Shown here: one piece after another, positions 17,922 through 27,700 of the stretch
Layout: every line of letters starts with the position of its first letter
How positions within the stretch are numbered: the stretch's first letter is position 1
IMG/VR virus record: IMGVR_UViG_3300024581_003238
Coordinates: 1-64,000 of that record
Direction: 5' to 3' (one strand)
From: a virus
DNA length: 64,000 nucleotides
The notes under the pieces: model-generated
What the model saw: the letters and a program-made list of their open reading frames with translations, nothing else
The model's database searches: none
Told to the model about the DNA's origin: nothing
Translations under genes and position numbers: made by a program

Positions 17922-19703
17922 ATGGACGGATTAAAAGAAGCACAAGAACTAGGTAAAAAATTCCAAGAGGGTACTATTACTAAGGAAGAATACGAAAAAC
18001 AGTTTGCACGACTTGCTGAACAAAGTAAGAAAAAAAATACTACTTCGGATTTGAGTGATTTTAGTATTGTCAAATCTGTTGGGACATTAATCAGTTCCGC
18101 AAGACTTCAACAATTTGCACCTGAAGAGATTGATACTTTGGCATCTTTAGCTAAGAATTATAATGCGTCGGGTAAAGGTGCGACGGGAACTATGGGTGAT
18201 GTTCTTAACTCCTTAATAAAAACATCATTCGACGGTATTGGTGATTATATTAAAGAACAATCCTACTTACTCACATTCGTCAATAAAGAGTTAGGTTTAG
18301 CGGGAGATTTATCAAAAAACTTTAGAGAAAGTGTCTCAGAAGCACAACCTGATTTAGTGAGAATGGGTATTCCTTTTAAGGACATGTCCGAATCTGTGGG
18401 TAAACTAATAGAAGATACAGGTAGGTTTGCGTTAGTTGGTACGGATATGTTAGTACGTGCGGGTGAAGTAGCCGCAGCTTATGGTATGAAAATGTCTGAA
18501 GTAATCGGTGCTTATGATGATTTTGAAAATGTGGGTATCGGAGCAGCGGATGCACAGGAAGCAATAGCAGACGCGGGTAAACGATCTTTAGAACTCGGAC
18601 TACAATCAAGACAGACTATTGAGGGAATGATTGAGAATGTTGGACAACTAAATCAGTTTGGTTTCCAACAAGGTGTTGAAGGACTTGAAAAGATGGTTAG
18701 AAGATCAACCGAAATAAGAATGAGTTTAAGTGAAACATTTAAAGTAGCGGACAAAGTCTTTTCACCAGAAGGGGCATTAGAACTATCGGCAGAATTAGGG
18801 GTTTTAGGTGCTGCGTTTGGTGATTTCAATGATCCGTTACGACTTATGTATATGGCAACTAACGAAGTTGAGGGACTACAAGGAGCGTTAGAGGGTGTAG
18901 CATCCAATTTAGCGACATACAATATAGAGACAGGGGCGTTTGAAGTTACAGGTGCGAATCTAAGACAGGCAAGAGAAATTGCGAGTAAATTAGGTATCGA
19001 CATGTCTGAACTTACTAAGTCAGCAATTGCACTACAAGAACGTCAACAGGCGGCATTATCCTTAGAAGGTTTAAATATTAATGAAGAGAACAAAGAATTC
19101 TTAACTAACCTATCAAGAATGAAAGATGGTGAAATGTCAATTGACTTACAAGCCGCAGGTTTAGATAAGGAATTCGGGATGAAATCGATTAAATTGAGTG
19201 AAGTAAACAATGAAGTTGCTGAAAAATTACTTTCATTCCAAGACGAATTTAAAGATAAATCAGAAAAAGAACTTATAAGAGAACAAGTAACTTTAATTGA
19301 AAATGTGAGTAGGGACGTTAACTACTTAGCCACATTGGCGAGATTAAGGGTTGCGGGTGTTGCGGATGAGACCGTAAAATTACTTTCTAAGATGGATGCT
19401 AAAGATGCGGGTACAGAATTTAGTTCAATGCTCGGTAAAGGTACTGACGAATTAGTAAAATTATTTGGTGAGGGTAGTGCTAAAATTGCGGATATGGCGA
19501 GGGAAACTTTAGGAATTGAAGTAGCAAAAGATTTTAAAGTGATGAAAGACGCAACCACAACAGAGACAAATACTGAAACAAAAACAGTTAAAGTAGAACA
19601 CACAGTTAACGCTACAGATGCGATAAGTGGATTCTACCAAAAAGAATGGTCCTTAAACCCTGAAAGATGGGTTCAGGGTAAAGGTTATTTAGATCCTAAT
19701 TAA
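17922..19703 (+). CDS. Tape measure protein
   Basis: Ala/Gly/Leu-rich and helical-looking, 593 aa, in the canonical position after the chaperone. Confidence 0.7.
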   Translation: MDGLKEAQELGKKFQEGTITKEEYEKQFARLAEQSKKKNTTSDLSDFSIVKSVGTLISSARLQQFAPEEIDTLASLAKNYNASGKGATGTMGDVLNSLIKTSFDGIGDYIKEQSYLLTFVNKELGLAGDLSKNFRESVSEAQPDLVRMGIPFKDMSESVGKLIEDTGRFALVGTDMLVRAGEVAAAYGMKMSEVIGAYDDFENVGIGAADAQEAIADAGKRSLELGLQSRQTIEGMIENVGQLNQFGFQQGVEGLEKMVRRSTEIRMSLSETFKVADKVFSPEGALELSAELGVLGAAFGDFNDPLRLMYMATNEVEGLQGALEGVASNLATYNIETGAFEVTGANLRQAREIASKLGIDMSELTKSAIALQERQQAALSLEGLNINEENKEFLTNLSRMKDGEMSIDLQAAGLDKEFGMKSIKLSEVNNEVAEKLLSFQDEFKDKSEKELIREQVTLIENVSRDVNYLATLARLRVAGVADETVKLLSKMDAKDAGTEFSSMLGKGTDELVKLFGEGSAKIADMARETLGIEVAKDFKVMKDATTTETNTETKTVKVEHTVNATDAISGFYQKEWSLNPERWVQGKGYLDPN

Positions 19704-19748
19704 TTTGAGGTATTTTGATCTTAAATCTATTTATATTAAAAAGAAATT

Positions 19749-22700
19749 ATGCCGAGTTACTTAGATTTTGATTCTACTAGTCAATTTAGGAATAGTATTT
19801 TAGCGAGGACCTTACAACAACCTAATGGTCCCCAAACATTTACTAGTTCTGCATATTCGGTTGAAAATTTAAATGACCACTCAAATACAGATCAGGGAGA
19901 TGTAGATGATAACATAAGTACCTATCTATCTGTACCTCAAAATTCAAACACATTTACCACAGAGAACTTCAATACAGTTGAGAACTTAAGGAACTTAACT
20001 AGAATTGATAATTTAGGTCTATATCCTGAATATTTTGTCCAAGGAAGTTATAGTAATTTAATTAGTATAATGACCACCGACAATTACGATAGTGAATCTC
20101 GATTAATGAGATTTGCTGCAAGACATATAAAGGAGAACAAACAAGGACCTGTTCTTGCGAGGATTACACAGAATTTAGTTGCGGCAACTTACGGTAGAGT
20201 AAGATTAATTGACGCTCTTGAAGGTAATTTATCGACAGCAGTAAATATAGTTACAGGAAGAGAAGGGTTAATAGAAAAAAATTATAAGGTAACTGTTGCA
20301 AAAACAGTTGCAGGTAAGGCGATTGACTTCTTACAAACAGTTGCGGGTGTTGAATTCCCATGGAGTGAAATACCTGGTGATTATCTTACAAACCCAAGAA
20401 GACCAACAGTAAATAGACCTGAAGCACAGACAGGTTTAGGTGCGATCTTACAAGATGTGACGGGAGCGTTAGGTTCTCTGATCGGGATCCAAAGAAGACC
20501 TAAATTATCAAGAAAACCGTCAGACCTAATGATTGAATATTTAGGATCAGGTCAGAAGGACGTACTATTCGATAATCTAAGTTACTCAACATACGCACCT
20601 AACTATACTAAAACCGCAAGATCACAACAATCATCTAAATTATTCAGTTTTATAGATAAGGTTGGTGATGCAATAAATGATGTGTTAGGTCAAGGTGCTC
20701 CAAGAGGAGTCGCGTACATAGGTGACGACAGAGGGGAAGACGTTAAATACGCTATGGGTGATTTTAATGATAACATAGTTAGAAGTAGTTATTATTTAAG
20801 TTTAATGTTTGATCCTGTTCAGACACAACTATTTGAAAGACAAAGATCTTTGGTTGAGGGAGGTCAAATAGGTGGTAGATTAACATGGTATAGTAGTAAA
20901 TCACAAAACAAGTTAGGTGAAGGTAATCTCGAATACAACGTTGAAAGATCCCAATTAGAGGAAAGTCTATCAACAAACTATGGGTTCAGAAGTGATTCTA
21001 TTTTAGGTAAAACACAAGAATTACTTGAAACGATGCCATCAGATGGTGGTGCCGCAAGATCACATGTTGCAAACGCGATGGACCAAACAAGTAGAATATT
21101 TAGAGAAGGTAATGTAATGTTATCAAGAGGATCCGCAGTAAAATATGTAGATAAATTTGGGGAAGAGTCGGGTGTAGAATATTGTAGAGTTTGGACAAAA
21201 GATGATCCATATATGAATATGTCTGACACTATGAAACGAACAGGTAACATAAGAAAGTTCGATTCAAGTGTTATGACTACACCTTGGAATCTAAACATGG
21301 CACCTATGTCAAATGGAGAAGGTTCATTTGAGGGTTCGACAAATATATTACCATTAGAAGGTGGTGGTTACGTTGCTAAAAAGTATATGTTTTCTCTTGA
21401 AAACTTAGCATGGAAAACATCTACACTACCTGGTTTCACATATACGGATTTACCTTTTTGTGAACGAGGACCTAATGGAGGTCGTGTTATGTGGTTTCCA
21501 CCATATGACATAAAAGTATCTGAACAAAATAACGCGAGATGGGAAAGTAATGTTTTCTTAGGAAGACCTGAACCGATTTACACATACCAGTCAACAGAGA
21601 GAAGTGGACAAATTTCATTTAAGGTTGTTGTCGATCACCCTAGTATACTAAACCTACTTGTTAGTAAGGTATTCAAAGGAATGTCAGATGAAGAATCCGA
21701 TAACTATATAAACGCGTTTTTTGCGGGATGTAAAGAATTAGATTTCTATGAACTTATTAGAACATATACTACATTAACTAAAGATGATATTAAAACCATA
21801 AAAGATTATTTAGAGGCGGATAACCCTGATACAGAATCTATAACTAAATACAAGGTTGAAGTTGACGATAGTGAAGTAGAAACACCTGATCTAAGTCCCA
21901 TAGAACAAAAGGTAGAGGTAGAAAAAATTAATTTATATTTTAAAAATGACTTCCCAAGAGCAGGGAGTAGTGCTGTAACGTGTGGAACGACATTCACTCA
22001 GGAGTACGAAAGTTATGTCGGTAACTCAGGATCTACAGTTAATCCAAGTGATAGGACTTATATGAAAGATTTGGAAAATGGTTTAGATTTAGTTTTTTCT
22101 TCTCCATTGACGGCAAGTAAAAAGAATGATATAAAAGTTCTTTTTGGTAGAAGTGATGTTACGGGAACAACCGATGATAGAAACTTAGTTAAATCAAAAA
22201 TAGAAGCAGGATTCCAAAGACTATCTTCAGATTACGAAAAGTATCAAGGTAAAGTTAATAGTATAAAGGAAAGAATTAAAAATGGTGAACTTAAAGATGT
22301 AACTATTAAAATATACACAAGTACATCATCTATTGCGGATAACGATTACAATGTTAAACTATCGGCAAGAAGAGCTCATAGTATTTTTAAAGACGTGATG
22401 AAAGGTATAAGTGGTGATGAACACGGTGACGATTTCTCAACCATAGTTCCACCATCAGGTCAAGGAAGTGTTACACAAAAATTAAGTTATACTTTTGAAG
22501 AATTAGGGTTTGAAGGAGTTGAAGGAGGATTATTCATAGGATATGTCGGTAATGGTGAAGATGTCGTTAAAACAGAGAATATCTACGGTGGTGGTGATGT
22601 TAATATTGATTGTCACAGTGATGAGATTAAATCTAACAGTGCGTTAAAAAGAACCGCACCTGTAACTTTTTATTGTAGACACGCAACGGTCGAATTTGAA

Positions 22701-24455
22701 GAAACTCCGATAGACAAATATCCTGACCCACCAGAAACACCTAAGGTTAAACTAACACCTGATGGTAAGATAGAACCACCAACAGTTAAGAAACCACCAA
22801 TTAATGAAATGAAGAAAATAATAATGAAGACTCTTTCTGAGTGTTATTATTTCAAGGTAATGGAAGAAGATTCTCCTGTCACGTTTAAGAGTTTGACAGA
22901 AAAACTAAAGTACTTCCATCCGGCGTTTCATTCAACAACACCTGAAGGTCTTAATTCAAGATTAACTTTCTTACTACAGTGTGTAAGACCTGGAGATACA
23001 ATACCATTAAAAGGTATCGCGGATAATAATGATATAAACGCGAGGAATACAAGTTTTGGACCTCCACCAATATGTGTAGTTAGAATTGGAGATTTTTACC
23101 ATTCAAAGGTTGTGGTGAGGGATGTTAATATTAATTACGATGAGGGTGTATGGGATTTAAATCCTGAAGGTATAGGTGTACAACCTATGATTGCAAATGT
23201 GACGTTACAAGTAAACTTTATTGGTGGTCAAGGTTTAGAAAAACCTGTAGAACGACTACAAAATGCATTATCGTCTAATTTCTTTGCAAATACAGAAATG
23301 TACGACCCAAGATCTATCGGAACAAGTAATATAGATGGGAAAGATCCCGAAGAGTTCACAAAAGAATTTTTGGAAAGTTTACAAACCGCATCCACATCAA
23401 ATTCAACACCTGAGGCGGAAGATATAGTTGAAAATGAAATCACCCAAGGTAAGTTCATCGGTGGTTCAGGAGAGACCCTTTCTTATGGTGAGATTGTAAC
23501 TGAGTTAAATAGTGATATACCTAGTTATTTTGAGACATATGTAACTTCATATAATAATGTTTTAAAGGAATTCGGTCCTCATATACATTCATTGGCGTTT
23601 TCCCCCGATTATAGAAAGATTAATAAGTTCGATGTCAATACGACAACAACATCGTCAAGAGAAATAACAATGTTTGGTGAGTTTGATAAAATAAGGACTT
23701 TAGATATTTTCTTAATACAACTTAAAACAAAACTTGTCACATCGATAGAAACAGAAGACGTATCAACAATGTTTAAATTTCATAGATTTTTAAATGATCC
23801 AAAAATGGAAAGATCTAATGAAATATTGAGACCTAAATTGAGAAAATTAGTTGAGGATAAATTAGACTCTTTATTGACCAATGAATCTATTGTAAATTTA
23901 AAAGGTAAAAGAAATAAAATAACTAATAATTTAGATAAAATAAATTATTTAACTAAATACGTTAGTGATGGTAAAATAAATGAAGGTAATGCAACACAAG
24001 CAAATCTTTCAGGTTTTACTTATGAAACGGTCTATTCTGAGATTGATCATATGATGGATTATTTTGATAAAAATTATGACAAGTTCGAGAAGAAAATAGA
24101 CACGACATACGATTTTAACAATCTTTCAATGGATGTGGATACACTAAATGAAATATTATCCTTATTATTATATGGAAGTGAAAGTAAGTTGAAAAAAATA
24201 TATGAAGTTGATACTACTTTATTTCCAACTAACATAAAAAATAAAATTGATAAAAAGATCGATAAGTTTTTTGATGAAACTAAAGAAGAAAGAATAAGAC
24301 TTTCTAAGTGGAAACCAAAGAAAAACAGTTCCGATCTTACGTTTAATGTGATTGATGAGGTACCGATTACTGATGATACACAAAAAGAAACATTAACAAA
24401 AGTCCATTCGAGTAAGGGTGAGCTTGGATCTAAATTAAATCATTACAAACCATGA
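19749..24455 (+). CDS. Large baseplate / tail-tube-initiator protein with inserted OmpA-like domain
   Basis: Tube-initiator-like motifs FLGRPEPIYTY..TERSG.ISF and PPICVVRIGDFY..V.INY flank LYFKND...YNVKLSARRA. Confidence 0.6.
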   Translation: MPSYLDFDSTSQFRNSILARTLQQPNGPQTFTSSAYSVENLNDHSNTDQGDVDDNISTYLSVPQNSNTFTTENFNTVENLRNLTRIDNLGLYPEYFVQGSYSNLISIMTTDNYDSESRLMRFAARHIKENKQGPVLARITQNLVAATYGRVRLIDALEGNLSTAVNIVTGREGLIEKNYKVTVAKTVAGKAIDFLQTVAGVEFPWSEIPGDYLTNPRRPTVNRPEAQTGLGAILQDVTGALGSLIGIQRRPKLSRKPSDLMIEYLGSGQKDVLFDNLSYSTYAPNYTKTARSQQSSKLFSFIDKVGDAINDVLGQGAPRGVAYIGDDRGEDVKYAMGDFNDNIVRSSYYLSLMFDPVQTQLFERQRSLVEGGQIGGRLTWYSSKSQNKLGEGNLEYNVERSQLEESLSTNYGFRSDSILGKTQELLETMPSDGGAARSHVANAMDQTSRIFREGNVMLSRGSAVKYVDKFGEESGVEYCRVWTKDDPYMNMSDTMKRTGNIRKFDSSVMTTPWNLNMAPMSNGEGSFEGSTNILPLEGGGYVAKKYMFSLENLAWKTSTLPGFTYTDLPFCERGPNGGRVMWFPPYDIKVSEQNNARWESNVFLGRPEPIYTYQSTERSGQISFKVVVDHPSILNLLVSKVFKGMSDEESDNYINAFFAGCKELDFYELIRTYTTLTKDDIKTIKDYLEADNPDTESITKYKVEVDDSEVETPDLSPIEQKVEVEKINLYFKNDFPRAGSSAVTCGTTFTQEYESYVGNSGSTVNPSDRTYMKDLENGLDLVFSSPLTASKKNDIKVLFGRSDVTGTTDDRNLVKSKIEAGFQRLSSDYEKYQGKVNSIKERIKNGELKDVTIKIYTSTSSIADNDYNVKLSARRAHSIFKDVMKGISGDEHGDDFSTIVPPSGQGSVTQKLSYTFEELGFEGVEGGLFIGYVGNGEDVVKTENIYGGGDVNIDCHSDEIKSNSALKRTAPVTFYCRHATVEFEETPIDKYPDPPETPKVKLTPDGKIEPPTVKKPPINEMKKIIMKTLSECYYFKVMEEDSPVTFKSLTEKLKYFHPAFHSTTPEGLNSRLTFLLQCVRPGDTIPLKGIADNNDINARNTSFGPPPICVVRIGDFYHSKVVVRDVNINYDEGVWDLNPEGIGVQPMIANVTLQVNFIGGQGLEKPVERLQNALSSNFFANTEMYDPRSIGTSNIDGKDPEEFTKEFLESLQTASTSNSTPEAEDIVENEITQGKFIGGSGETLSYGEIVTELNSDIPSYFETYVTSYNNVLKEFGPHIHSLAFSPDYRKINKFDVNTTTTSSREITMFGEFDKIRTLDIFLIQLKTKLVTSIETEDVSTMFKFHRFLNDPKMERSNEILRPKLRKLVEDKLDSLLTNESIVNLKGKRNKITNNLDKINYLTKYVSDGKINEGNATQANLSGFTYETVYSEIDHMMDYFDKNYDKFEKKIDTTYDFNNLSMDVDTLNEILSLLLYGSESKLKKIYEVDTTLFPTNIKNKIDKKIDKFFDETKEERIRLSKWKPKKNSSDLTFNVIDEVPITDDTQKETLTKVHSSKGELGSKLNHYKP

Positions 24456-24778
24456 GTCGAGAATATTTCAATAGATATAGTTTCTTTGAAGAAGATGGAG
24501 ATTTTAAGATAGTGCCAGGTATAGAGATACCAATAAGAACTACGGACAAGTATGTACAATATAAAAAGGGGAAGGATAGATTCGATAAGATTTCTCAAGA
24601 ATATTACAATACTCCCGTTTTTGGTTGGTTGATATTACAGGCAAATCCATTGGCGGGTAGTATAGAGTTTGAAGTCCCAAATAACTTCACACTTAGAATA
24701 CCTTTTCCATTGGTTGGTGCTTTACAAGAATATAAAAAATCAGTAGAGTTGTACAACTTATATTATGGCGACGAATGA
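24452..24778 (+). CDS. LysM-like baseplate protein (T4 gp53 / P2 gpX-like)
   Basis: DRFDKISQEYYNTP.FGWLILQANP...LRIP. Confidence 0.75.
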   Translation: MSREYFNRYSFFEEDGDFKIVPGIEIPIRTTDKYVQYKKGKDRFDKISQEYYNTPVFGWLILQANPLAGSIEFEVPNNFTLRIPFPLVGALQEYKKSVELYNLYYGDE

Positions 24779-27700
24779 TACCACAAATAGTGAGAACATA
24801 TTAGTTAAAGTTAATCAAAACAATCTTGTTTATATTGACCCTAATAGTGTTGAATCAAATGGGGTTATAGAACCAAGGGGAACAAATCACGAAAATCTGG
24901 TTTATTATATAAACTTAGAGGCGGACCTCGTTCCAAGAACAACACTAAATTCAAACAACGCTGGAGGTGGAAACCTTACGTCGATAGCAAAAGGTACATT
25001 AAATTTACTACAGAATAAAGACGGAGAATACTTAGATACGAGTTGGACGGAATTATATACCGACCAACCTAAAAATCCCGACAAGGAAGGGATCTACGAA
25101 CCAAATTCAGATTCTAGTGGTCAGTCTTTTGGTATGACAAGTGTGAGTATTGAGGTTAGAGGTGTGAACTTTGTACCTGTTGTAAACATAGGTTTTGTGG
25201 ACGTAAGAGGTAAAACTCTTTTTGAATCACCTAAAAACTCACCGTATAAATCTTTTTTCCACCTACCATGGCCAATATTCTACTTAACAGTAAAGGGGTA
25301 CTATGGTAAGGCGATAAGATATAGATTACATTTAGTAAACTTTAATACGTCTTATAATGCGGGTAACGGTAATTTTGAAAGTACAGGTAAGTTTGTTGGG
25401 TCAACATACGCATATCTTAACGATATTTCCTTAACATCTATTCTTAACGCACCTTACATGTATGGTATTGAAATACCAAAAGTTAAAAAAACAAATGACG
25501 GTAAGGAAGAAAGTACTGTACAACTATCTAAAACATCGAGAGGATATCAAACACTTTTGTCAGTATATCAAGAATATAGAAGAAAAGGGTTGATAACAAT
25601 ACCCGAAGATGTAAACCCGACACTTAGAGAATTAATTTCAAAATCTAAAAAATTAGATCAGTTATTAGAAAAAAGTATTTTCGGTGAATCGGGTATAGTC
25701 GATATGAAACTATTTGGATTAGTTAAAGAATTTGATGATGTCTTAGTAGAATTTTTGGGTGCAGTAAAAGCATGGAAAACTAGATATCTCGTATCGGACT
25801 CTATTACACCCGATAGTGAATCTAACATTAAGTATTATTTTCTAAGTAAAGACCAATCAAGTAAAGACGGTAATAGAAATAGTACAAAAAACATATTAGG
25901 ACCAAATTCAGGTACTTTAGAATCTATTCTAAAATCCAAAAACCTAAAAATTAAAAAGGTCCAACAATCAATTAAAGAATTACTTAAAAAATCAAAAAAA
26001 GAATTCAAGTCATTTAATGTCAATGTTAAAAACCGTACAGACCAAGTAAAAACATACATGCATTTTACTCAAGAAGGAAAAATTGGTATAGCACATGACT
26101 TGTTGATAGACCATATTGCTGAAATTTTTAATTCATTTAATCAAGAAAAGAAAAAACTACAGGACAAAGTAGAAGAAGAAATGAATAAAATAATCAAAAC
26201 CAAAGGAAACGGAGGTTTAGGTTTTGAACCTACCATACGTAATGTATTTGGTGTGGTGTTAGCGGGTGCGGATACGTACATAAGACTAATGCAAAACGTT
26301 CATTTTAGAGCATATAATGTCAGAGACCAAAAAAGAAAATTATTACAGGGGTTTGAGAGTGAAACAACATCTGAAGGTCCTGTTTATCCGTGGCCTGAAG
26401 TAAATAAAGTATCCGCGGATCAAGATAAGGTATTGGCATATCCTGCAGATCCTGATTTGGTAAGAAAATTAAATTCGGACAATGCAACTTTATGGCCTGA
26501 GGTTGAATTTGTTGAGGAATACATTAAAGTATCACAAAGAATAAGTGACAATTTAGCGGAGAAAGAAAAAACATTTGACAAGGTTACATTTGAGTTTGAA
26601 AACTCAGACCCTAATGAGACAGACATAAAAAAAGTTTCTGAGATTAATTCGTTAACTCATGTAATTCCATATTCCGATAAAACATTGGCTTCTTTATTTT
26701 TTGAGATTGCGGAGAGAGCGAGATACACAACTTTGTTTGATTCTTTTGATGGTGGAACAACAATTCATGAATTGGCCAATCAAGAGTTCTTAACACTTAA
26801 AAAAATGGTGGAAGAGGACTTTTTTGTTGTTGATATATTAAAAAGAGCAACAACACTACGAGAACTACAGTCTTTAATGCAAAGTTTTTCACCATTTGAA
26901 AGACAACCATATTTTGATGACGGTATTGCAACAGTACCTTACATATCTGATAATATTAATGAACCTTATAAAATTACAGACTACAAGTCAGAGGACGAAG
27001 ATCAAAAAGATTCGGCAAATATGTCGGATGAATATCCAAAACTTTCAGATAACCTAACAAATTATGATGTTGAAGATTACAGATTAAAAATGTATCCTTT
27101 TAATTCTGACACATATTTGGGTTACATCGACAAAACAAACTTTACCAAAAATGAAATTAATCTAAAAAACACATTTCAAGTTGATACGAGTAAAGGTTTT
27201 ATACGTACACCGATTGACATAGAGTCGTGGTCATTAGAAAAAGAAAACCTATTTAATAGTTATTACTCTTTCTTTACGATAGGTGACGGTAATAACGATA
27301 AAATTAGCGGTATTCTTAACACACCCTACTTTCATAAAAGTTTATTCGAGGATTTTTTCGGAACTAATAGTTTTGGTAAATATAAAAAATCAGCATATCT
27401 ACTTCTAAATTCATTACCATATCATGATTTAGATAGACAAATAGAATTTACTAAAGGTAATAAAGTGACCTTATCTAACCTATTCAAAGAAGTAGGGTCA
27501 ACACATTTTATTCCTTATCATTTGATGTTAAAATGGGGATCAATATATCATAGATATAAAACCATGATTCTTGATGGTGTGGACATATTAGATGGGGTTA
27601 CGACACCAATTGATGGAGGGTTATTTTTCGATACTAACCAAAATTTAACTTTTTCAGGTATAACGAGAAGTGATCAAACAGACATAGGTTTACATCCGTA

